A stretch of DNA of 64,000 bases. Origin: Methanobacteriota archaeon. GTDB taxonomy: Archaea > Thermoplasmatota > Thermoplasmata > RBG-16-68-12 > JAFNFQ01. Position 1 is the first letter of the stretch; the number at the start of each line of letters is the position of its first letter. Made by a program: the position numbers and the translations under genes. The stretch spans positions 6,330 through 70,329 of the forward strand of contig JAFNFQ010000004.1 of assembly GCA_017885655.1 (NCBI GenBank), in the 5' to 3' direction. The notes beneath the pieces were generated by a model that did no database searches, was not told the origin of the DNA, and worked only from the letters and a program-made list of their open reading frames with translations. Positions 1-12,335 of this stretch are shown here, in pieces.

Positions 1-2108
1 ACGCAATGGGGGCGGCTGTGCCCCAACGAGACCCCAGAGGGGCAGAACTGCGGGCTGGTGAAGAACTGCGCCCTCGTGATCGATGTCTCGGAAGGTTTCT
101 CGGAGGACGAGGTCAAGCTGCTTCTGGCGGACCTGGGCACGAAGCAGGTCAAGAGCCAGCAGACGAACCTGACCAGGGTCTACGTGAACGGAGACTTGGT
201 CGGACTGCACGATGATCCCGCGACGCTGGTGTCCGAAATCAGGGAAAGGAGGCGCAGCGGGCTGCTGAGCCACGAGGTGAACATCCACTACGACGAGATG
301 ATGAACGACGTCACGATCAACTGCGACGAGGGGAGGATAAGGCGGCCCCTCATGGTCGTCAGGGACGGCAAGCCGCTGATAACGGCGAAGCAGTTGACGG
401 ACCTGGAGTCCGGACGCCTGAAGTGGAGCGACCTGGTCAGGAACGGCCTGGTTGAATGGATCGACGCGGAGGAGGAAGAGGACTCGTTCGTGTCGATATA
501 TCCATACGAGGTCCCGCTGAAGTGCAAGGAGTGCCGCCGCCCGATATCGCGCAACGACGTAAGGTGGGCGAACATGGGCGAGGACGGCGACGTGGAACTG
601 GAGTGCCGCCTGTGCGGCAAGTCGTTCCGAGTCAAGCCATCTCTCACCCTGGACAACACCCATGCCGAGATCGATCCGCTGGTCATACTCGGCGTCGCCT
701 CTGGCCTCGTTCCTTACCCGGAGCACAACTCGTCACCCAGGGTCACGATGGGCGCGGGCATGGCGAAGCAGTCGCTCGGATTCGGCTCCAGCAACTACCG
801 GATAAGGCCGGACACGAGAAGCCATCTGCTGCACAACCCGCAGGTCCCTATGGTCCAGACCGAGGCGATGAAGTTCGTCAGTTTCAACGAGAGACCGGCA
901 GGCGAGAATTTCGTCGTGGCGGTCATGTCCTACTACGGGTACAACATGGAAGACGCCATCGTGATGAACAAGGCGTCAATTGACAGGGGTCTCGGTCGCT
1001 CGTCCTTCATGAGGACGTACAGATCCGAGGAGCGCAGGTACCCCGGCGGGCAGGAGGACCACTTCGAGATCCCGTCCCCCGACGTTCGCGGAGCGCGCGC
1101 AGACCTCAGCTACGCGAGCCTCACTCCGGACGACGGTCTGATATCGCCAGAGGTTCAGGTCAACGGTGGAGAGGTTCTCATAGGGAAGACGTCGCCGCCA
1201 CGTTTCCTTGAGGAGGAGACTGACTTCCTCACGCCGCAGAAGAGGCGCGAGACGTCCATAACAGTCAGGCACGGGGAGAGCGGCTGGGTCGACAGTGTCA
1301 TGCTCACCGAGTCCGAGAACGGTAGCAAGCTCGCCAAGGTCAAGGTCAGGGACCTCAGGGTGCCGGAGCTCGGCGACAAGTTCGCCTCCCGCCACGGGCA
1401 AAAGGGAGTGATCGGGCTGATCGCCCAGCAGGAGGACATGCCGTTCACAGAGCATGGGATCGTGCCGGACCTCATCATCAACCCGCATGCCATCCCTTCG
1501 AGGATGACAATCGCGCACGTCCTCGAGATGATTGGCGGGAAGGTCGGTGCCATGGAGGGGAGGTTCGTCGACGGCACGCCTTTCAGCGGCGAGAGAGAGG
1601 AGGCGCTGCGCAAGGAACTCGAGGACTACGGCTTCAAGAGCAACTGCAAGGAGGTCATGTACGACGGCATGACGGGCAGGATCATCCCCGCCGAGATTTT
1701 CATCGGTGTCATCTACTACCAGAAGCTGCACCACATGGTCAGCGGCAAGCTGCACGTGAGGTCGCGAGGGCCCGTGCAGATACTCACCCGCCAGCCGACG
1801 GAAGGCCGCTCCCGCCAGGGCGGCTTGAGGTTCGGCGAAATGGAGAGGGACTGTCTCATAGGCCACGGCGCCGCGATGGTCATCAAGGATCGCTTGCTCG
1901 ACGAGTCGGACGGCACGATACAGTACGTCTGCGGGGAGGCGGAGTGCGGTCACTTCGCCATCAAGGACAGGAAGGGGAACCTCAGGTGCCCCGTCTGCGA
2001 CAACAACTCCCGCATCTACCCTGTGCAGACGAGCTACGCGTTCAAGCTGCTGCTCGACGAGCTGCTCTCGCTCGGGATCGCGATGCGCCTTCAACTGGAG
2101 GACTTGAA

Positions 2109-2112
<4 letters not shown>
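1..2112 (+). CDS. rpoB: DNA-directed RNA polymerase subunit B (C-terminal about 700 aa; 5' end outside window)
   Basis: Frame 1 is open from nt 1 ([25 protein letters not shown], the conserved CP.ETPEG..CGLVKNLAL motif). Further hallmarks follow: [64 protein letters not shown], and a C-terminal CxxC..CxxC zinc ribbon. Position at the head of the rpoB-rpoA1-rpoA2 operon. Confidence 0.95.
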
Positions 2113-6406
<4,294 letters not shown>

Positions 6407-6408
6407 GC

Positions 6409-6681
6409 ATGGACGAGAACATGGTCATCAAACAGGCGGTCGACACCGGCGACGTGGTCATAGGCACGAGGAGGACCGAGAAAGCCGTCAGGAAGAAGAC
6501 GGCGAAGATGCTGGTCATCGCCTCCAACTGCCCAGAGTTCGCGTGGCTCAAGGATGTCGTGGTCAAGATCCACAGGTACAAGGGGACCAGCCTCGACCTC
6601 GGGGCGGCGTGCGGCAAGCCGTACTCGGTGGCCGTGCTCGCAGTGCTGAGCTCCGGCGAGTCGACGATACTGTCCTTGTAG
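6409..6681 (+). CDS. rpl30e: 50S ribosomal protein L30e
   Basis: 90-aa product MDENMVIKQAVDTGDVVIGTRRTEKAVRKKTAKMLVIASNCP...GTSLDLGAACGKPYSVAVLAV fits the L30e/L7Ae-fold pattern. Canonical position between rpoA2 and nusA. ATG 3 nt after the rpoA2 stop. Confidence 0.85.
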   Translation: MDENMVIKQAVDTGDVVIGTRRTEKAVRKKTAKMLVIASNCPEFAWLKDVVVKIHRYKGTSLDLGAACGKPYSVAVLAVLSSGESTILSL

Positions 6682-6689
6682 GTGTCCGC

Positions 6690-7115
6690 ATGGGTCCGGT
6701 GACGTTCAACGAAGATACGCTAGGATACGTCACAATCTTCCAGAATGTCACCATGTGCACGGTGATGGACTGCGTCGACACCGGGGACAAGATAATCTTC
6801 GTCGTCGGCAAGGGCGAGGCGAGCAGGGCGATAGGGAGGAAAGGGGAGACTGTCGCGCGCGTGAGGCTTCTCCTGAAGAGGGACATACAGGTCATCGAAT
6901 TCTCGGAGAAACCGGAGGAGTTCGTTGCGAACGTCTTCCACGCGTACGACGTCAAGAAGGTGGAGATCGAGGATAGGGACGGGGTCACGCACGCAACGGT
7001 GACGGTCGAGACGACCAAGAAGGGCCGCGCGATAGGGAAGGAGGGCAAGAACCTCCGGATGGCCAGGGACCTGATTGCGAGGCATCATGCGATTGAGAGT
7101 GTCAGCGTCGCGTGA
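6690..7115 (+). CDS. nusA: Archaeal NusA-like transcription termination/elongation factor (two KH domains)
   Basis: 141 aa with two KH GxxG motifs (AIGRKGETV and AIGKEGKNL). Canonical position after rpl30e. Confidence 0.85.
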   Translation: MGPVTFNEDTLGYVTIFQNVTMCTVMDCVDTGDKIIFVVGKGEASRAIGRKGETVARVRLLLKRDIQVIEFSEKPEEFVANVFHAYDVKKVEIEDRDGVTHATVTVETTKKGRAIGKEGKNLRMARDLIARHHAIESVSVA

Positions 7116-7181
7116 CGGTCGCGGCATTGCGGACGCGCGGCGGGTCTCGTTGCAAGCGTCTCCGGCCTGAGGCGTTCACGT

Positions 7182-7874
7182 TCATAGTCCGGTTGGCGGG
7201 GGCGGGGTCAAAGGGGCAGATGCTGGTCGCTTGTCAGGCATGCTTGCGACTAGCTTGATTCCCAGCAAGGTGCTCTCGAGCGGAACGGGCGTGCCTGTCG
7301 TCGGCACGTTCTCCATCGTCAGGACGACATCCTCCTTCGTCCCATTTTTCAAAACGAACTCGTACGGAGCGTCCGATGGGGTCAGGGCAATCTCGCCCTT
7401 GCAGTCGCTCAACCTGTCGACGAAAATCTGCCTGTTGTGCTGCCTGACAACGAGCCAGCCGTCGATGACCGGATTCCCGTCCGCGGTGGTCCAGAACATG
7501 GGGATCGGGGTCTCCGGCTCGTAGCTGTTCCTGACCGCGGTGACGTAACGGCCGACGAACACGTTGAAGCCGCTCATCCCGTCCGCGATCTTGTTGTAGA
7601 ACTCCTTCTGGCGGGGAGTCAGCTTCTTCCAGGCCTGGACGGCCTGGCTGAAGATCGCCCTGTGCTTCGTCTGCTGCTCGCTCCTCGGGTTCGTGGGGGC
7701 CGCATACATCTTGATGTAGTCGTGCCCCTTCCATGAGGCAGCGATCATGTCCTTTCCCAGCGCTCCCTTGTACCGGTTGCCGAATATGTTTCGGATTCTC
7801 ATGTTCTCTATTCCTTGTCCCTCACCGAGGGACTGGAGAGTCGATGGCGGGCATCGGCAATCCAAACTAGGCAT
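7182..7874 (-). CDS. Hypothetical protein (orphan; alternative start at 7802, MRIRNIF...)
   Basis: Clean 230-aa ORF in a visibly lower-GC patch, with protein-like composition (WKGHDYIKMYAAPTNPRSEQQTKHRAIFSQAVQAWKKLTPRQKEFYNK). From memory this W.G..Y....NPR...Q..R..F...W..L pattern loosely recalls DUF6266-type proteins; not verifiable here. A TTAAAAA-like box on the minus strand near 7927-7934 would favour the 7874 start. Confidence 0.55.
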   Translation of the reverse strand: MPSLDCRCPPSTLQSLGEGQGIENMRIRNIFGNRYKGALGKDMIAASWKGHDYIKMYAAPTNPRSEQQTKHRAIFSQAVQAWKKLTPRQKEFYNKIADGMSGFNVFVGRYVTAVRNSYEPETPIPMFWTTADGNPVIDGWLVVRQHNRQIFVDRLSDCKGEIALTPSDAPYEFVLKNGTKEDVVLTMENVPTTGTPVPLESTLLGIKLVASMPDKRPASAPLTPPPPTGL

Positions 7875-8230
7875 CGATACATCTCCGCGGGCAGATACAT
7901 CCGCGAGAGAGTGCTCATAGGCGGTTTTTAACCAGATATGGAGAAGGGGTGGTAATCAGATGCCTGCTGTCAGGAATCGAGCAGGTCTTCAATCCCCCGC
8001 GCGGTGACGCTGACATCGTGTTCCTTCGAGGTGACTCGGGTCTGCGAATGCACGGGAAATCCTAACCGAATCCTGCTCAAGAGGAGTGGAATTGGTGTTG
8101 AATTGGTCCCTGATTCCAATCCAATTGGTTGACCGAGACTTAGCTAGATTCAGGCAGCCTCGTCCCTTGACCACCATGTAGAGGGAAATCCGTGAGGACC
8201 TCTTACAACTCCCTCATCATCCCGCCTTGT

Positions 8231-11200
8231 TCAGGTGGGAGGCTGTCTCGTCCTCATTGCCCTGACCAACGCAACCGACAGACCAGCAACCAGGATCGTG
8301 GCGTCCAAGACGGTTCCGGCACCGAATGGCGGCGGCATCGACAGCTGCCCTGTGAGGAGAGATACCACGCCAGTCCCCGCCTCCGCGAAGACGAAAGGCA
8401 TCGATGTGAGCATGAACGCCTTCATCACCGCCATCCTGTCTTTCCCGCCTTTCCATGGCTTCCTCTTCGATGACCACAGTCCGACAACCGCCAGGATGAT
8501 TGCGAACAACAGAGCCACGACCGGCTTGTAGTTCACCGCCACTTCTGGCCTGACGACCAGCGACCTCTCCTGCTCGACGTTGCCTAGGTTGTCGATCGAG
8601 TAGTAGTATATGGTGTGCTCCCCCTCGGCGAGGGTGAAGCCGCCTGTGTAGACCGTCCAGCCCCCGCCGTCTATCCTGTACATCGTGACGTTCACACCGC
8701 AGCCGGAGTCGGCGGCGGTGAGGGTGAAGATCGTCTCGGTCGTGGTCTCCGTTTCGCTCTGGGTGATCGTCGTGGCGGGAGGAGTGTCGTCCACAGTCAA
8801 CACCATCGAGCTGACATCCTCGAGGTTCCCCGCCCAGTCCAGCGACCGCCACTCGACGGTATGCTCCCCTTCTCCCGCCAGGAAGAACGTCCCCGTGGCG
8901 GTGTAGTTGACCGGTGCCCCGCCGTCGATCCTGTACGTGGTGTTCCTTATCCCGAGCCCGCTCTGGTCGAGTACTGAGAAGTCGAGGGGAGTGGAAGACT
9001 TGACGTATGTGGCAGTGGAGGTGTAGTTGGGGTTGCCTATGACCAGCGACGTGACGGGACCGGAGACGACTTCAATCGTCCACGTGTACACGTTGTTCGT
9101 CTCGTCCCATTCGCTCACGTTGTTGTCATGGTCGACATCCACGGACACATGATACGTGCCCGGGACGGCGGGAGATGTCCACGTTGCGGTGAAACGCGAG
9201 GAAGTGGCGGCAGGAGCGAGAGGTGTCAGGACGAACGTTGAGAATGGCGGTGATGACTGCTCGTAGAATGCGACAGCCGCATCGTCGGTGGCGGTGCTAT
9301 CCCCCTGGTTGAACACTTCAATCGAGAGGGAGACAGGCGAGGACATGCCCACCCTGATTGGCGGGAGAGGGATAGGAGAGTCTGGAACGTAGTCGGGCCT
9401 GAGGACCGGACCCGGCTGGACGAGGACGTCATTACACATCACGTTGTTCGTCTCGTTCGATTCGTTCACCGCTCCGGGTGTGGGGTCTGTATATGCGCAT
9501 ATCCGATGGCTTCCGAGCGGCGTCGCCGTCCAGGGAACCGAGACATTCACCTGAGAGTGACCGATTAGGCCGGAGAGCGGAACGGAGCCGATGCTCTCGC
9601 CACCGTCCGGCAGCCCGTTGGCGTTCACGTCGTCGAAGAAGAGGGCGTCGAAGCCGCCAGATGGAAGGCCCCCCTCGTTCCTCACCGTCACGTTCACCTG
9701 AGCGACCGTCATGTCTTGCAGGGGGGATGGCGGGCTGACGCCGAGATTGACAGGCACCAGGTCCGGCGGGGACAGGACTGCGGCTGGGACGCAGGCGATG
9801 TTGTTCGCCTCGTCCGTCTCGGCGACGATGTTGTCGGGGTCAGCGACGACGCATATCTGGTGGACGCCTTGCGGGGAGGCGGTCCACAAGACAGAGACGT
9901 TCCGGCTGCCGCCGGCGGGAATCGGAGGGAGAGGCTGCTCTGCACCAATCCGGGGCGAGGGGGGAATCCCATCCTCGAACCTTGCCGAAGTGCTCTGAGT
10001 GTAGTTGCCGCCGATGTTGTGTATCGTCGCGTTCAATTGCACGGCCATGCCGTCCTCGTATGGCGGAAGCGGGGAGAGGACGATGTCGGAGGGGGAGACC
10101 GCGAGATCCGCCACGCCTGGCGGGACCGGAACAGTGAGCTTCGCCACGAACCCGTCCGGGCCTTTGAGATTAGTGTCGAACGCCCCTGGCGTGACGGGGA
10201 AGTTGGGTGAGAACGTTTCCCCGGCGAGGTATACGGCTCCCGCGGCGTCCAGCGCGACCGATCCGTCATAATCCGAATCATCGCCCCCAAGATACGTCGA
10301 GTAGACCAGATTATCCCCGGAGGGCGTCAACACGCTCAAGAAAACGTCAGAGCTTCCGTTCAATCCGGTGTCGATGGCGCCTGCGGTGATGGGGAAATTA
10401 ACAGAGCCTGTGGAGCCCGCCACGTAGGCGTTTCCCACATCATCCAACACAACCACTCCATTGTCACTTCCACTTCCGCCCAAGTAAGTCGCGAACACGA
10501 GGGCACTTCCCACGGCATTCAGTTCTATTATGAAGGTGTCCCACCCACCGTTGTACGATGTATCGAAGGCTCCGGGCGTGACCGGGAAATCGGTGGAATT
10601 GGTGGTTCCCGTGACATAAGCGTTGCCAAAGGAGTCCACGGTGACTGAGTTGCCATCATCGCGGCTGCTCCCCCCAATGAAAGTGGCGTAGGCGAGCTCC
10701 CCTGTGGAGTTCAACTTTGCCGCAAACGCATCCTCACTCCCGCTCAGGAACGTGTCGAATGCCCCGGACGTGACAGGGAAGTCGCTAGACATCGTCCAGC
10801 CGGTAACGTACATGTTGGCAGAGGCGTCCAATGCAATCCAGACGCCGTTTTCGCTCTTGGTTCCGCCGATATACGTGGCATATTCGATGCCGCTTCCGGT
10901 TGGATTCAGCTTCGCGACGAACGCGTCAACATTGCCATTGAATGTCGAGTCCCATGCATCTGCCGTCACGGGGAAGTCCGCTGAACCTGATTGGCCGACC
11001 ACGAAGGCGTGACCATCTCTGTCCACTGCTATCCCTCTACCCTGATCATTTACAAGGCCTCCAAGAAAAGTGGAGTATTCAAGAGCGTTCCCAGTGATGT
11101 TCAGCTTGACGACGAAAGCATCCATGCTGTTCATGATCCTATCGAAGGCTCCGGGCGTCGTCGGGAAGTCTGGAGACCGCGTATATCCGGTGACGTAGGC

Positions 11201-12307
11201 GCAACCAGATGAGTCAACGGCTATTGAATTCGCAGTATCGTTGGATGTCGTGCCGCCGAGGTATGTCGCATACAAGAGCACACTTCCTGTCACGTCCAAC
11301 TTGGCCACGAACGCATCCTTCGGGCCGCTGAGACTCCCGAATATCGCACCGGGGGTGACCGGGAAATCTGCTGAGTAAGTAACGCCGGTCACGTAGGCGT
11401 TACCAGCTTCGTCTACCGCCACCGAGGCACTATCGTAGTTGGAGCCGCCAATGAAGGTGGCATAGATCAAAGGATCAATGGTTAGCGGTCGCGACCTGTC
11501 CCAATCCCCGCAGGAGAATCCGTACGAGAATGCGCGGCGCTTGACGAATCCGCAATCAATCAGTTGACTCGAACCTTGGTATGCCAAAGGCGCCGAGTCC
11601 CGCATTTCTCCCAGAGGAGTGTGTATCGACAGACCTGCGGCGTCAGCCTGCAGCGACTCGATCCCTTCGTACGACATCATTATTGCCTCCTGACTCGCTC
11701 CCGGACTGACGATGAACTCGTACTTCACTCCAGTCTCCCCGGCGCGGTAGACCAGGTCTATCCCCTCGTACAGGCCGTAGTACACCACTTCCCCGTAGTT
11801 CGGGACATCCGTCCTCCACACGCTCGAGTCGTTCCCGATGAAGAAGTTGCTGTTGAAGGAGAGGCGGTCGATGCCGATCGGCTCGACCTTTTCAGCCCCT
11901 TCGAAGCGGAGCATGTATGCGAACGATCTCACTGTGGTCGCTTCGCCGAGGACGGCAGAGTGGTCACTCGGTCCTTGCCACGTTTCCTTGCTCCCTCCCC
12001 CGCTGGACTCCCTGATCACGAACATGACGCCATCGTCTCTGAAACCGACCGACGGATTGCCTCTCGAGTAGTATCGGACATTGTCCGCCACTTGCCCCCT
12101 GTTCTCGATGAAGTAGCCTTCGACGGAGTCGAGGGCGTGAACCGCTGCCTCGTCGGTGAGCGGCGCGGGAGATCCCGCATCGTTGCTCTCGGGATGCGCT
12201 TGAACCGTCAGGAAAGAAGCAGACAAGAGGAAAGCGGCGAATACGGCGGCAACCGCCCTGCCCGGTCGCGTATGACGATGCCCGCGGAGATGGCCTCTAA
12301 CCGCCAC
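8231..12307 (-). CDS. Large secreted/cell-surface protein: signal peptide, 7 SBBP beta-propeller repeats, 3 CARDB-like domains, 2 Ig-like YRIDGG modules, multi-TM C-terminus
   Basis: N-terminus RAVAAVFAAFLLSASFLTVQAHP (signal-like). Seven repeats of Y.T(F/Y)(L/I)GG....D....(I/V)A(V/L)D..GNAYVTG.T.S.DFPVT.GAFD. Three PDL(A/V)...V.N.G CARDB-like units. Two YRIDGG...EGEHT...D.AGN.E modules. Hydrophobic C-terminal segments (VVALLFAIILAVVGLW, FMLTSMPFVFAEAGTGVVSLL, VLDATILVAGLSVALV). Confidence 0.85.
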   Translation of the reverse strand: MAVRGHLRGHRHTRPGRAVAAVFAAFLLSASFLTVQAHPESNDAGSPAPLTDEAAVHALDSVEGYFIENRGQVADNVRYYSRGNPSVGFRDDGVMFVIRESSGGGSKETWQGPSDHSAVLGEATTVRSFAYMLRFEGAEKVEPIGIDRLSFNSNFFIGNDSSVWRTDVPNYGEVVYYGLYEGIDLVYRAGETGVKYEFIVSPGASQEAIMMSYEGIESLQADAAGLSIHTPLGEMRDSAPLAYQGSSQLIDCGFVKRRAFSYGFSCGDWDRSRPLTIDPLIYATFIGGSNYDSASVAVDEAGNAYVTGVTYSADFPVTPGAIFGSLSGPKDAFVAKLDVTGSVLLYATYLGGTTSNDTANSIAVDSSGCAYVTGYTRSPDFPTTPGAFDRIMNSMDAFVVKLNITGNALEYSTFLGGLVNDQGRGIAVDRDGHAFVVGQSGSADFPVTADAWDSTFNGNVDAFVAKLNPTGSGIEYATYIGGTKSENGVWIALDASANMYVTGWTMSSDFPVTSGAFDTFLSGSEDAFAAKLNSTGELAYATFIGGSSRDDGNSVTVDSFGNAYVTGTTNSTDFPVTPGAFDTSYNGGWDTFIIELNAVGSALVFATYLGGSGSDNGVVVLDDVGNAYVAGSTGSVNFPITAGAIDTGLNGSSDVFLSVLTPSGDNLVYSTYLGGDDSDYDGSVALDAAGAVYLAGETFSPNFPVTPGAFDTNLKGPDGFVAKLTVPVPPGVADLAVSPSDIVLSPLPPYEDGMAVQLNATIHNIGGNYTQSTSARFEDGIPPSPRIGAEQPLPPIPAGGSRNVSVLWTASPQGVHQICVVADPDNIVAETDEANNIACVPAAVLSPPDLVPVNLGVSPPSPLQDMTVAQVNVTVRNEGGLPSGGFDALFFDDVNANGLPDGGESIGSVPLSGLIGHSQVNVSVPWTATPLGSHRICAYTDPTPGAVNESNETNNVMCNDVLVQPGPVLRPDYVPDSPIPLPPIRVGMSSPVSLSIEVFNQGDSTATDDAAVAFYEQSSPPFSTFVLTPLAPAATSSRFTATWTSPAVPGTYHVSVDVDHDNNVSEWDETNNVYTWTIEVVSGPVTSLVIGNPNYTSTATYVKSSTPLDFSVLDQSGLGIRNTTYRIDGGAPVNYTATGTFFLAGEGEHTVEWRSLDWAGNLEDVSSMVLTVDDTPPATTITQSETETTTETIFTLTAADSGCGVNVTMYRIDGGGWTVYTGGFTLAEGEHTIYYYSIDNLGNVEQERSLVVRPEVAVNYKPVVALLFAIILAVVGLWSSKRKPWKGGKDRMAVMKAFMLTSMPFVFAEAGTGVVSLLTGQLSMPPPFGAGTVLDATILVAGLSVALVRAMRTRQPPT
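10105..11464 (-). repeat. Seven tandem coding repeats of about 64 aa (SBBP-type beta-propeller blades) inside the surface-protein gene
   Basis: Read from the translation: blades begin YATFIGGSNYD, YATYLGGTTSND, YSTFLGGLVND, YATYIGGTKSE, YATFIGGSSRD, FATYLGGSGSD, YSTYLGGDDSD. Coordinates converted from aa about 282-735. Confidence 0.7.
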
Positions 12308-12335
12308 GCTTCCTCTCCAGCCGCCCTATCTGCTC

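Noticed and set aside
976-2094. 372-aa minus-strand ORF opposite rpoB. Similar long antisense or off-frame ORFs occur at 2091..2828, 3009..3668, 3795..4916, 5225..6268, 24346..25317, 26689..27846, 28287..29708, 31899..33314 and 38221..39099.
   Set aside because: Their translations are R/G/P/H/A/L-rich low-complexity strings with no motifs. Each lies entirely opposite or out of frame to a gene with unmistakable family signatures. This is the usual stop-codon-poor shadow-ORF effect in high-GC DNA.
1944-2108. Longer rpoA1 start (the track ORF begins at 1944).
   Set aside because: That stretch overlaps the rpoB 3' end and translates to an R/A/P-rich non-conserved sequence. The ATGA overlap at 2109 gives the canonical [28 protein letters not shown]-terminus.
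7989-8177. 62-aa minus-strand ORF between the orphan gene and the surface-protein gene.
   Set aside because: There are no motifs, it sits in an AT-richer spacer, and its composition is not protein-like. More likely it is promoter/UTR DNA.
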